This document shows, in pieces, positions 42,827 through 51,730 of a stretch of 64,000 bases of DNA (positions are counted from its first letter, which is position 1; every line of letters begins with the position of its first letter). The notes beneath the pieces are model-generated. The model searched no databases and was not told the origin of the DNA. It worked only from the letters and a program-made list of their open reading frames with translations. Position numbers and translations under genes: made by a program. The stretch comes from Alphaproteobacteria bacterium (GTDB lineage Bacteria; Pseudomonadota; Alphaproteobacteria; Bin95). The stretch covers positions 96,001 to 160,000 of the forward strand of contig OZ224045.1 of the NCBI GenBank assembly GCA_963665325.3. The letters run 5' to 3'.

Positions 42827-43927
42827 TCAGTGGGGCGACCTCGCAGAGCGCAAGGTCAACGCCGTCCCGCCGTCCCGTTCCCCGATGAGGGACTCGAAGG
42901 GATACCCGGCGGCCCATGACGGGGTGTCGATCGTCCACGACAGGCGCCGGCCGTCTTCCGTGGGCTCCGAGACGACGTGGCCGCTGGCGACGGGCTCTTC
43001 AGGGTCTAGCAGGACGGAAAATCGGCTGGCCGCGGGCGGAGCCGGACCGGTTAGCGGCAGGGCCTCGTCCAACGATATGAAGAGGCGGTGCCCGCTCACT
43101 TCGTGGCGGTATCGTTCAAGGGCGCCCTCGGAATTCAGCTCGATCGTGCTGCGGTTCTGATAACCCGGCAGGTCCGCGACGAGAGCGATGCCTTCCGTCC
43201 GCGCCTTGACGTTGAAGGAGAGGCCGGCCCCATCGTCGCTGAGGCGTGTTTCGCCGGCCGCGAAGGACCACTGGCGGAAGGGAAAGACCACGATCTGAAT
43301 CCCGGCGCTGTAGGCCGCCATGAATCGATGCTTCCCCTCGGGGTCGTCTCCGGCGCGGAAGGAGAAGTCTTGACCACCAATTGCCACTTTGTTGCGTGCG
43401 GCCGTCGCGTTGCGCTCCCTGTGGAAGAGCAAGACCAAGAGATCGGCCGAGTGGCCGGATTGATCCGTCAGACCGGCACCGGCCTGTGTCAGCGGCACGT
43501 TTTCGGCATTGATTTCGAGCTCGACGAGGGCGCCCTCAAGGTCGGTGAACGACACAGACACGCTTTGTCCTCCCTCCGATCCGCCCGTGCGCCGATAGTC
43601 GATCTGCCGGTAGTGGAAGTCATCGACGCCTTTGGCGATTCGGCGATCGTCCATGAAGTGGTGCTGGCGCTTCGCGCCCTCGCGCTCGGTGAAGAAGACC
43701 CAGACGAGCCTGTATGGATTGGACGGCGTGTCGATGGACATGACCTCAACAGCTTCGTAGGTCGGATGGCGAGGAAGCCAGACATACCAATGATGGTCGA
43801 AGTAGTGGTGCTCGCTGACCAGGGGAACGGCGGGCGCCGCCTCGCCGCGGCCGCTGGTCGCGCAGGCCACGACGGCTAGCACCAGCACCGCGCCGACCAA
43901 CAGCCGTGAGAGGGATAGAGCAAGCAT
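42827..43927 (-). CDS. Hypothetical secreted protein / putative lipoprotein
   Basis: Long clean ORF with hydrophobic signal peptide and lipobox-like LAVVAC; no family recognised. Confidence 0.7.
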   Translation of the reverse strand: MLALSLSRLLVGAVLVLAVVACATSGRGEAAPAVPLVSEHHYFDHHWYVWLPRHPTYEAVEVMSIDTPSNPYRLVWVFFTEREGAKRQHHFMDDRRIAKGVDDFHYRQIDYRRTGGSEGGQSVSVSFTDLEGALVELEINAENVPLTQAGAGLTDQSGHSADLLVLLFHRERNATAARNKVAIGGQDFSFRAGDDPEGKHRFMAAYSAGIQIVVFPFRQWSFAAGETRLSDDGAGLSFNVKARTEGIALVADLPGYQNRSTIELNSEGALERYRHEVSGHRLFISLDEALPLTGPAPPAASRFSVLLDPEEPVASGHVVSEPTEDGRRLSWTIDTPSWAAGYPFESLIGERDGGTALTLRSARSPH

Positions 43928-44598
43928 TTTTCTGTCTCCCGAAGTTTCTTGGTCCTTGCACGGGCGCGTCATGTCCTGGGCCCGCTCGGCACTATTGGCA
44001 GTTGAACCAGGTAAGCCGCGCAGTGGTGTCCGGGTTGTCGAGTTGCTTCCGCGCCATCAGCGAGTAGGGAGAGTCCGGGAGCTCGTCGATCCGGTTCGCC
44101 CCAGGGGATTCGCTGTTGTCCCCGCGGAGCGCCGCCGCCATCGACACCAGGGCGCCCGCGGCGCGCCGTCCCAGCTCGTTGGGGAGCATCGAGAAATCTC
44201 AGTAGACCGTATCGCCAACGTCCGGCCCGGCCCGCACCGGCAGGTCGAACTCGAGCCCTTCGCTGACCGACATGCTGCATGTGCAGCCCGCATACGTCCT
44301 GTTCGGCCCCTCTTTGGTGGGCGGCGTCACAACAACAGCGCGTATGACTGCACCTCCGGCATGCCATCCGGAACACAGGCGAACGGGAAGTGCCGGCCCC
44401 GCCGCCTGACATTCCTGCCACTCCCCTCCAGCCACTAGCGAGCCAGGGCGGAAAAGAAAAATGCTGCTTGGATCAAGATCCATGCCGCAGCGGAATAACC
44501 GTTCAATTCCTCGTCATGGCCGCTGTCGAAGGCGACGGGCCGAGCGTTGGCCCGGGCAGCTCACTATCGCGAGAGCGGACCTAACCCCCGGGGCCTGC

Positions 44599-44623
44599 TC
44601 CGGCTCGGGGGCCGGACATGACG
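44599..44623 (-). repeat. CGTC-tagged REP hairpin (variant loop)
   Basis: Minus strand reads CGTCATG-TCCGGC-CCCCGA-GCCGGA; a CGTCATGGCCG half-site at about 44513 faces it. Confidence 0.6.
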
Positions 44624-44649
44624 GAAAGAGGGTCGGGACGCCAGCCGGC

Positions 44650-46200
44650 TCAGGGGCGGATGGCGAAGCGGGAGGGGCCGCATTGCGTCTCCAGCCGCTG
44701 CTGGTTCCATTCGATCCATTCGCACAGCATGGCGCGGGTCTCGCAGGGGTCGATGAGTTCGTGCATGGAGAAACTTTCCGCGCGCCGCGCCGGAGAGAGC
44801 GTCGCCGCCATGCGCGCCTCGATCTCGGCGCGTTTCGCCTCGGGGTCCTCAGCGGCGGCGATCTCGCGTCCGAAGGCGACCGCGACTCCGCCTTCGAGCG
44901 GCAGCGTGCCCATTTCGGCCGAGGGCCAGCCGAGGACATAGGCGCCGGGGCCGTAATGCGCCGCCTGGGCGACGCCGTACGACTTGCGCACGACGATCGA
45001 GGCCCAGGGCGACCGGCAGGTTGCCGCCGCCAGCACGGCGGACGTGCCGGCCCGGATGGCGCCCTCCTGCTCTGCCTGGCTGCCGATCATGAAGCCCGGC
45101 TCGTCCACGAAGCTGACGATCGGCAGGTTGAAGGTTTCGCAGAACTCGATGAAGCGCCGCGCCTTGCGCGCGCCGTCCGCGGTCATGGCGCCGGCATAGA
45201 AGCGGGAATCGTTGGAAAAGATACCGACGGGATAGCCATTCAGCCGCGCGAGCATGGTCACCTGGCCGGGCCCGTACTGGCGCGACATCTCGAAGACGGA
45301 GCCTCGATCCACGATCATGTCGATGGCGCGGCGCATGTTGAAAAACTTGCGCCGGTTTTCCGGCACGATGCTGCGCAGCGCCTCGTCGGCGCGGGCCGGG
45401 TCGTCGTCCGTCTCGGTGCGGGCCGGGACCTGCCAGACGTTTTGCGGCAGGTACGAAAGGAAGCGCCGGATCTGCGCGAGCGCGTCCGCTTCGTCCTCGG
45501 CGATATTGTCGATGGCGCCGCTTCTTGCATGGACCTGGGCGCCGCCCAGCTCTTCCTTGGTCACGTCTTCGCCGAGGGCCCGCTTGACGACCGCCGGACC
45601 GGCAATCAGCACCTGGGCCGTTTCCTTCGTCATCACCGCGAAATGCGCCGCGACAAGCCGGGAGGCCGGCAGGCCCGCGACCGGGCCCAGCGCCGCCGTC
45701 GCCACCGGCACCGCGCCCATGCACTCGGCCACCGAGGCAAAGCGGCGCGGCGCATGCGGGGGTTCGCCGACCGGGCCGCCGCCGCCGGCGCCGGTGACGC
45801 TGCCGCCGCCGCCCTCATGCAGGCGGACCAGCGGCACGCGGTATTGCAGGGCCAGGTCCTCGATATAGACGCTCTTGCGCAGGCCCGCCGCATTCGGCGA
45901 ACCGCCCCGCACGGTGAAGTCCTCGCCGCCGACCACTGCGAGCCGTCCGTCGATACGGCCCATGCCGACTATGAAATTGGCGGGCGTGATGCTCTTGAGC
46001 GTCCCGTCCGCATTGCGCTCGACCCCGCCCGCACCGCGCCCATGCTCGCGGAAACTGCCCGGATCGACCAGTCCGTCGATGCGTTCGCGGACGGTCAGCC
46101 GCCCCTGCGCATGCTGGCGGGCCACCGCCTCCGCGCCGCCCTGTTCCAGCGCCGCCTTGCGCTTGGCGTGAATATCCTCGATCTCGCGGGACCAGCCCAT
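44650..46200 (-). CDS. Acyl-CoA carboxylase, carboxyltransferase (beta) subunit
   Basis: GRLTVRERIDGLVDPGSF, DFTVRGGS, EELGG, FVDEPGF, RKSYG. Confidence 0.92.
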   Translation of the reverse strand: MGWSREIEDIHAKRKAALEQGGAEAVARQHAQGRLTVRERIDGLVDPGSFREHGRGAGGVERNADGTLKSITPANFIVGMGRIDGRLAVVGGEDFTVRGGSPNAAGLRKSVYIEDLALQYRVPLVRLHEGGGGSVTGAGGGGPVGEPPHAPRRFASVAECMGAVPVATAALGPVAGLPASRLVAAHFAVMTKETAQVLIAGPAVVKRALGEDVTKEELGGAQVHARSGAIDNIAEDEADALAQIRRFLSYLPQNVWQVPARTETDDDPARADEALRSIVPENRRKFFNMRRAIDMIVDRGSVFEMSRQYGPGQVTMLARLNGYPVGIFSNDSRFYAGAMTADGARKARRFIEFCETFNLPIVSFVDEPGFMIGSQAEQEGAIRAGTSAVLAAATCRSPWASIVVRKSYGVAQAAHYGPGAYVLGWPSAEMGTLPLEGGVAVAFGREIAAAEDPEAKRAEIEARMAATLSPARRAESFSMHELIDPCETRAMLCEWIEWNQQRLETQCGPSRFAIRP

Positions 46201-46273
46201 CGATCCATCCTTGCGTTTTGGGGCTTATATACATGACACGGCCGAAGGAGGGCTTGTTCGAATTCGGTCCGTT

Positions 46274-46370
46274 ATGCCCTCTTCCCGTCATGCCCGGACT
46301 TGTTCCGGGCATCTCTCTCGGGCCGGTCGCAGCGGCGGAAATGGATGGCCGGAACAGGTCCGGCCATGAC
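46274..46370. repeat. REPIN-like unit 1: inverted pair of CGTC-tagged hairpins
   Basis: CGTC-ATGCCCGGA-CTTGT-TCCGGGCAT (46286-46312) ... ATGGCCGGA-ACAGG-TCCGGCCAT-GAC (46345-46370). Confidence 0.93.
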
Positions 46371-46500
46371 CAAAGGGAAGGGGACGGAAGACGCCGCGTG
46401 CCTCCGGAACCTCCGCCAGACTCCCGTTCGGCATCGCCCGATAGCCAGCCCGGACAGCAATGGGCTTGTTCCGGGCATCCACAGGTTGCAGCATGGCCGC

Positions 46501-46788
46501 ATGAGCGGGGGCTGGGTCTATATCATGACCAATCGACCCTACGGCACGCTCTATCTCGGCGTGACCGGCAATATCGCGCGCCGGGCTTGGGAACACCGCG
46601 AAGGCGTTAGTGAAGGGTTCACCAGGCGGTACGGTCTCAAGCGGCTCGTCTTCGCGGAACGCCACGAAGACATCCGTTCCGCCATCCAGCGGGAAAAGAC
46701 CATGAAGCACTGGCCGCGCGCATGGAAGATCAACCTCATCCTCCGGCGAAACCCCGATTGGAACGACCTTTACGAGACCCTGCAGTAA
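46501..46788 (+). CDS. Small stand-alone GIY-YIG nuclease (Ssn-like)
   Basis: WVYIMTN..GTLYLGVT..IARRAWEH, AIQREKTMK, WPRAWKINLI..NPDW.DL; 95 aa from ATG 46501. Confidence 0.92.
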   Translation: MSGGWVYIMTNRPYGTLYLGVTGNIARRAWEHREGVSEGFTRRYGLKRLVFAERHEDIRSAIQREKTMKHWPRAWKINLILRRNPDWNDLYETLQ

Positions 46789-46838
46789 GCTGCCTGTCGG
46801 TCGCGGATGCCACGATCGGGTCCGTTCCTCTTCCCGTC

Positions 46839-46935
46839 ATGCCCTCTTCCCGTCATGCCCGGACTTGTTCCGGGCATCTCGCTCGGGGCCATCGCGGCGG
46901 CGGAAGTGGATGGCCGGAACAAGTCCGGCCATGAC
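46839..46935. repeat. REPIN-like unit 2, direct repeat of unit 1
   Basis: 97 bp, 7 mismatches to 46274-46370 by hand alignment, none in the hairpin stems. Confidence 0.93.
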
Positions 46936-47006
46936 GGAAGGGGGCGTCCGGGCATGACGGAGGGGACGTTCGGCAATGAGGGGGCGGGGGGTCGGGGCGC
47001 CAGGCG

Positions 47007-47516
47007 TCAATCGGTGCGCTCGATCGCGGAGCGCAGCATTGCGAGGGCGCGTTCGACGGCGGCGCGGCGTATCTCCGCGCGGTTGCCGTCGAGATTGTGC
47101 CTCAAGATCACGGTATCGCCCCCGGCGGACGCGACTGCCAGCCAGACGGTGCCGACCGGCTTTTCAGCAGAACCGCCCCCCGGGCCGGCCACGCCCGTCA
47201 CCGCGACGGCAAGGTCTGCGTCCCGACCGGCGCGGGCGAGCGCGCCTGCGGCCATTTCCTGCGCCGTTTCGCCGCTGACCGCGCCGTGGGCGGCGAGGGT
47301 TTCGGCACTGACGCCCAGCAGTTCCTGCTTGGCTTCGTTGGAATAGGTGACGAAGCCGCGCCCGACGACATCGGAGGATCCCGGTATCTCGGTCAACAGG
47401 GAGGCGATGAGGCCGCCGGTGCAGGATTCGGCAGTGGTCAGCCTCAGTCCCTTCGCGCGGCAGGACTCGAGAAGGCCTTTGGCCGCATCCAGCAGTTCAT
47501 CCGAAAAGAACGCCAT
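47007..47516 (-). CDS. cinA: CinA family protein (NMN amidohydrolase domain)
   Basis: TAESCTGG, PGSS, YSNEAK, GAVS, TGVAGPGG, KPVGTV. Confidence 0.93.
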   Translation of the reverse strand: MAFFSDELLDAAKGLLESCRAKGLRLTTAESCTGGLIASLLTEIPGSSDVVGRGFVTYSNEAKQELLGVSAETLAAHGAVSGETAQEMAAGALARAGRDADLAVAVTGVAGPGGGSAEKPVGTVWLAVASAGGDTVILRHNLDGNRAEIRRAAVERALAMLRSAIERTD

Positions 47517-47967
47517 GTCCCAGCCCCCAGTCAGCAAGGTGAAGCAGTGCGGCCGCGCAGGCCGCCGCGGCCACGTCGTCGGCCATTACGCCCGGCCCTC
47601 CGGCGACCTTCCGCTCGATCCATCCTATCGGCGGCGGCTTGAGGATGTCGAAAAGGCGGAAAGCGGCAAAGCCGAAGCCGTATGCCAGGGGATCGAGCGG
47701 CAGGGTGGCCAGCACCAGCCATTGCCCCACGACTTCATCGACCACGACCGCGCTGGAGTCACGTTCGCCCGACTCCCGTTCGTACTGCGCGGCCGCGCGG
47801 CAGCCGACGATGCCGACCAGCACGGCCGCAGCCCCCAGCGCCCAGGGCCCGCCCGCCCAGACAATCGCCCAGGCCGGGGGCAGGGCGGCGAGCGAAGCCC
47901 AGCTGCCCGGCGCCGCCGGAAGACGACCCAGCCCGAAAACGGTGGCGACGGGAAGCTCCCACCTCAC
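47497..47967 (-). CDS. pgpA: Phosphatidylglycerophosphatase A
   Basis: APGSWAS, VVDEVVGQ, FRLFDILKP, GVMADD. Confidence 0.94.
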   Translation of the reverse strand: MRWELPVATVFGLGRLPAAPGSWASLAALPPAWAIVWAGGPWALGAAAVLVGIVGCRAAAQYERESGERDSSAVVVDEVVGQWLVLATLPLDPLAYGFGFAAFRLFDILKPPPIGWIERKVAGGPGVMADDVAAAACAAALLHLADWGLGHGVLFG

Positions 47968-49088
47968 GGCAACGCGAGGGTCGCGGTCGCCTGGGCGGCG
48001 ATGCCTTCACCGCGCCCGGTGAAGCCCAGCCTTTCCGAAGTCGTTGCCTTGACCGACACCCGGTCCACCGGAATTGCCAGGATTCGGGCGAGTTCGGCGC
48101 GCATAGCGGCGCGGTGTGGGCCGATCCTCGGCGCCTCGCAGACCAGCGTGACGTCGCAATGCAGGATGCGCCCGCCGCGCGCCGCCGCCATGTCGCGCGC
48201 ATGGCCGAGGAAAACCTCCGAGGCTGCGCCCTTCCATTCCGCGTCGCTCGGCGGGAAATGCTGTCCGATATCGCCTTCGGCCAATGCGCCGAGGATCGCG
48301 TCGGTGAGCGCGTGCATGCCGACATCGGCATCGGAATGGCCGGCCAGCGCCATGTTGTGCGCAATACTGACGCCGCAGAGCGTGACGCTCTCGCCGGGCA
48401 CGAGCCTGTGGACATCGAAGCCGTGGCCGGTGCGGATGTCGGGCCCTGCCAGCCGGGCAACATCGCCGGGCTCCGTGACCTTTTCGAGCCGGGCGTCGCC
48501 CTGCACCACGGCAATGTGCAGCCCGGCGGCTTCGGCGAGCGCCGTGTCGTCGGAAAATGAGGCGGGAGCGGCCTGTCTGTGCGCTTCGAGCAACGCCGGA
48601 TACCGGAACCCCTGAGGCGTCTGGATGCGCCAGAGGCCATCTCGCGAGACGGTGCCGACCGACCGGCCCTCCTCGACGCGCTTCAGCGTATCGGCGACCG
48701 GCAGGCCCGGCGCGGCGCCGTCATGCGCCGCCAGCGCCTCCAGTATCCGCCGCACGACCGCGGCAGGAAGGTCCGGCCTCGCGGCGTCGTGGACCAGGAC
48801 GTATGCCGGCGGGTTGTCGGCGAGCGCCTCCAGGCCGTTGCGGACGCTCGCCTGGCGGTCCGGGCCGCCGAAGATTGGCGCCAGCAGGTCGAGGCCGGCG
48901 GTCGCCGCTTCGTATTGCGCGCAGTCGTCGGGGTGGATGACGCAAGCGACCGGCATGAAGGGGCGCAGGGCCATGGCGGCGGCGCCGAGGACCGTCGTGT
49001 CGCCGAAAGGCAGATACTGTTTCGGCGCCGGGCCGCCGAAGCGCGTTCCCCGGCCTGCTGCGACGATGAGTGCGATACGGTCCTGCAT
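47964..49088 (-). CDS. ispDF: Bifunctional IspD/IspF
   Basis: AAGRGTR..KQY, VHDAARP, QTPQGF, GFDVH, GHSDADV, GDIGQHFP, KATTSE. Confidence 0.96.
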   Translation of the reverse strand: MQDRIALIVAAGRGTRFGGPAPKQYLPFGDTTVLGAAAMALRPFMPVACVIHPDDCAQYEAATAGLDLLAPIFGGPDRQASVRNGLEALADNPPAYVLVHDAARPDLPAAVVRRILEALAAHDGAAPGLPVADTLKRVEEGRSVGTVSRDGLWRIQTPQGFRYPALLEAHRQAAPASFSDDTALAEAAGLHIAVVQGDARLEKVTEPGDVARLAGPDIRTGHGFDVHRLVPGESVTLCGVSIAHNMALAGHSDADVGMHALTDAILGALAEGDIGQHFPPSDAEWKGAASEVFLGHARDMAAARGGRILHCDVTLVCEAPRIGPHRAAMRAELARILAIPVDRVSVKATTSERLGFTGRGEGIAAQATATLALP

Positions 49089-49152
49089 GACGGCGGAGCA
49101 TATTCCAGAACCGGGGAGGCGGCGCAACGGGCGGGTTGCTGCAATCCATGGT

Positions 49153-49196
49153 TGATTACCAATTAAGCAATCTCTATTCAGGCGATAAAGTAGGCA
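49153..49196. promoter_or_regulatory. Two putative NtrC-type binding sites
   Basis: TGATTACCAATTAAGCA (49153-49169) and AGGCGATAAAGTAGGCA (49180-49196) resemble TGC-N11-GCA sites, directly upstream of ntrB. Confidence 0.45.
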
Positions 49197-49208
49197 ATTC
49201 GAGGACTC

Positions 49209-50285
49209 ATGACGGGCCCGGGGGCAATATTATCGGCTTTGAACGCAGCGGTGCTCACAGTGGACCGTGCCGGCGCGGTGACCTCGTTCAATCCTGCTGC
49301 CGAGGGCCTTCTCAATCTTGGCGCGCCGCAAGCGTTGGGGCAGCCGCTTAGCAGGATTCTGCCGGAGGACCATCCGCTTTTCGGCATGATCGACGTCGTA
49401 CGCGAACAGGGCGTCAACCTCACCGAATACGAGGTCGCCATCGAGACGCAGCGCGTGAAGTTGCCCGTAGTGTTGGCGCAATTGTCGCCCGTTGGCGACG
49501 GCCCCGACAGCGTTGCGGTCATGCTCGTGCCGATGACGCTTGCCCGCGAGATCGACAGGCATCTCGCGCATCGCGGCGCGGCGCGGTCCGTTGGCGGCAT
49601 GGCGGCGGTACTCGCCCATGAAATCAAGAATCCGCTCGCCGGAATCCGGGGCGCGGCGCAGCTTATCGAGGCGAATGTGGATGCCGGCGACAGGGAGCTG
49701 GCGGCGCTTATCCGCGACGAGGCGGACCGGGTCGCGGCGCTGGTCAACCGCATGGAGGCGTTCGCGGGCCCCGACGGGCTGGAGCGCAAGCCGGTCAATA
49801 TCCACGAGGTTCTGAACCGGGTGCGTAAAGTGTCCCAGACAGGATTCGCTTCGGGAATCGCCTTTGTCGAGGAATACGACCCGTCGCTGCCTCCCGTTCC
49901 GGGCGACCACGACCGGTTGGTGCAGGTGTTTCTCAACCTGGTGAAGAACGCTGCCGACGCCTGCCCCGAAGAGGGCGGCGAGATCCTGTTGCGCACAGTC
50001 TATCGCCACGGGGAGCGGCTGGCGGTTTCGGGAAGCGGCAGGCGCGTGCACCTGCCGCTGGAGGTCTCGGTCCAGGACAATGGCGCCGGTATTCCCGAAG
50101 AGTTGCACAGGACGCTCTTCGACCCGTTTGTGACCGGCAGGCAAGGCGGGCAGGGGCTCGGCCTCGCGCTTGTCGCCAAGATCGTGGACGAGCATGCAGG
50201 CGCCGTAGCTTTCGAGAGCGAGCCCCGACGCACTGTCTTTCGCGTTCTGTTGCCTATAGACACCGAGGAAGGAGGTGCACGGTGA
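49209..50285 (+). CDS. ntrB: Nitrogen regulation sensor kinase NtrB
   Basis: PAS domain, [35 protein letters not shown]. Confidence 0.95.
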   Translation: MTGPGAILSALNAAVLTVDRAGAVTSFNPAAEGLLNLGAPQALGQPLSRILPEDHPLFGMIDVVREQGVNLTEYEVAIETQRVKLPVVLAQLSPVGDGPDSVAVMLVPMTLAREIDRHLAHRGAARSVGGMAAVLAHEIKNPLAGIRGAAQLIEANVDAGDRELAALIRDEADRVAALVNRMEAFAGPDGLERKPVNIHEVLNRVRKVSQTGFASGIAFVEEYDPSLPPVPGDHDRLVQVFLNLVKNAADACPEEGGEILLRTVYRHGERLAVSGSGRRVHLPLEVSVQDNGAGIPEELHRTLFDPFVTGRQGGQGLGLALVAKIVDEHAGAVAFESEPRRTVFRVLLPIDTEEGGAR

Positions 50286-51730
50286 GTGCCACCGTTCTTG
50301 TCGCCGACGACGACCGCGCCGTGCGCACCGTGCTGAGCCATGCGCTCGGACGGGCAGGCTACGAAGTGAAGGCGACCAGCAACGCCGCGACCCTGTGGCA
50401 CTGGGTTCAGGACGGCGAGGGTGACCTGGTGATAACCGACGTGGTGATGCCCGACGAGAACGGCCTCGACCTCGTGCCCCGGATTCGCCGGCGAAGGCCG
50501 GAGCTGCGTGTGATCGTGATGAGCGCCAGATCGACCCTGCAGACCGCCGTCACGGCGGCGGAGCGCGGTGCTTTCGAATATCTGCCCAAGCCTTTCGACA
50601 TTACGGAGCTGATCGGAATTGTGAAGCGGGCCCTGAGCGCCCCGCTTGCGGAGCCGCCCGCCGACCTGGAGGAGGACGAGGCCGACCGCCTGCCGTTGAT
50701 CGGCCGTTCGCCGGCCATGCAGGAAATCTACCGGGTCGTTGCCCGCCTGGTCGGCGTGGACCTCACGGTGACGATCACGGGCGAGTCCGGGACGGGGAAG
50801 GAGCTGATCGCGCGCGCCCTGCACGATTATGGCAGCCGGCGCAACGGGCCGTTCGTTGCGATCAACATGGCCGCGATCCCGAAGGACCTCATCGAAGCCG
50901 AACTGTTCGGGCATGAGCGCGGCGCCTTCACCGGTGCCTCGCAGCGCATGGCCGGACGCTTCGAGCAGGCCGACGGCGGCACGCTGTTTCTGGACGAGAT
51001 CGGCGACATGCCGATGGAAGCGCAGACCCGGCTCCTGCGCGTGTTGCAGGAAGGCGAATACACCCGCGTCGGAGGCCGGCAGCCGCTCCGCGCCAATGTC
51101 CGGATCGTGGCGGCCACCCACCGCGACCTGCGCCTCTCCATCCGGCAGGGTCTGTTTCGCGAAGACCTGTTCTACCGGCTGAACGTGGTGCCGCTGCGCG
51201 TGCCGCCGCTGCGCCAGCGCCGCGAGGACATCCCCGAACTCGTCGCCCATTTCCTCGCCGTTGCGCGCCGCGAAGGGCTTGGAGCCAAGACGATCGACAG
51301 TGAGGCGATGCGCCGTCTCCGCGCCTGGTCCTGGCCGGGCAATGTTCGCGAGCTCGAAAACCTGATCCGCCGGGTCGCAGCCCTTTATCCCCAGGACACG
51401 GTCGGCGTCGATATCGTCGAGGCGGAACTGGCGGAAATCGCCGGGGAGCCGTCCGATGAATCGCCGGTGCGGGCGGAACAAGCCGAGTCGCTCAGCGAAG
51501 CGGTGGACATCCACCTGCGCAACCATTTCCGGCTCCACGGCGACAGTCTCCCGGAACCCGGCCTCTACGAACGGATCCTCCGCGAGGTGGAACGCCCCCT
51601 GATCCAGCACTGCCTCGCCGCGACGAACGGCAACCAGATCAAATCGGCCGAGATCCTGGGCCTCAACCGGAATACGCTGCGCAAGAAAATCCGGTATCTG
51701 GAGATCCCGGTGGTCCGCGGCCTGCACTGA
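50282..51730 (+). CDS. ntrC: Nitrogen regulation protein NtrC
   Basis: Receiver, [14 protein letters not shown], Fis-type [14 protein letters not shown]. Confidence 0.96.
   Translation: MSATVLVADDDRAVRTVLSHALGRAGYEVKATSNAATLWHWVQDGEGDLVITDVVMPDENGLDLVPRIRRRRPELRVIVMSARSTLQTAVTAAERGAFEYLPKPFDITELIGIVKRALSAPLAEPPADLEEDEADRLPLIGRSPAMQEIYRVVARLVGVDLTVTITGESGTGKELIARALHDYGSRRNGPFVAINMAAIPKDLIEAELFGHERGAFTGASQRMAGRFEQADGGTLFLDEIGDMPMEAQTRLLRVLQEGEYTRVGGRQPLRANVRIVAATHRDLRLSIRQGLFREDLFYRLNVVPLRVPPLRQRREDIPELVAHFLAVARREGLGAKTIDSEAMRRLRAWSWPGNVRELENLIRRVAALYPQDTVGVDIVEAELAEIAGEPSDESPVRAEQAESLSEAVDIHLRNHFRLHGDSLPEPGLYERILREVERPLIQHCLAATNGNQIKSAEILGLNRNTLRKKIRYLEIPVVRGLH

Noticed and set aside
44070-44105. 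ANRIDELP resembling the IS66 TnpC C-terminus
   Set aside because: Only about 7 residues match, the following LPW motif is absent and there is no flanking similarity
46300-46500. 67-aa N-terminal extension of the GIY-YIG ORF
   Set aside because: It is translated REP sequence; family-like start is MSGGWVY at 46501
46274-46990. Repeats as a CRISPR array
   Set aside because: Hairpins are in inverted pairs, the two spacers are homologous rather than unique, and there are no cas genes
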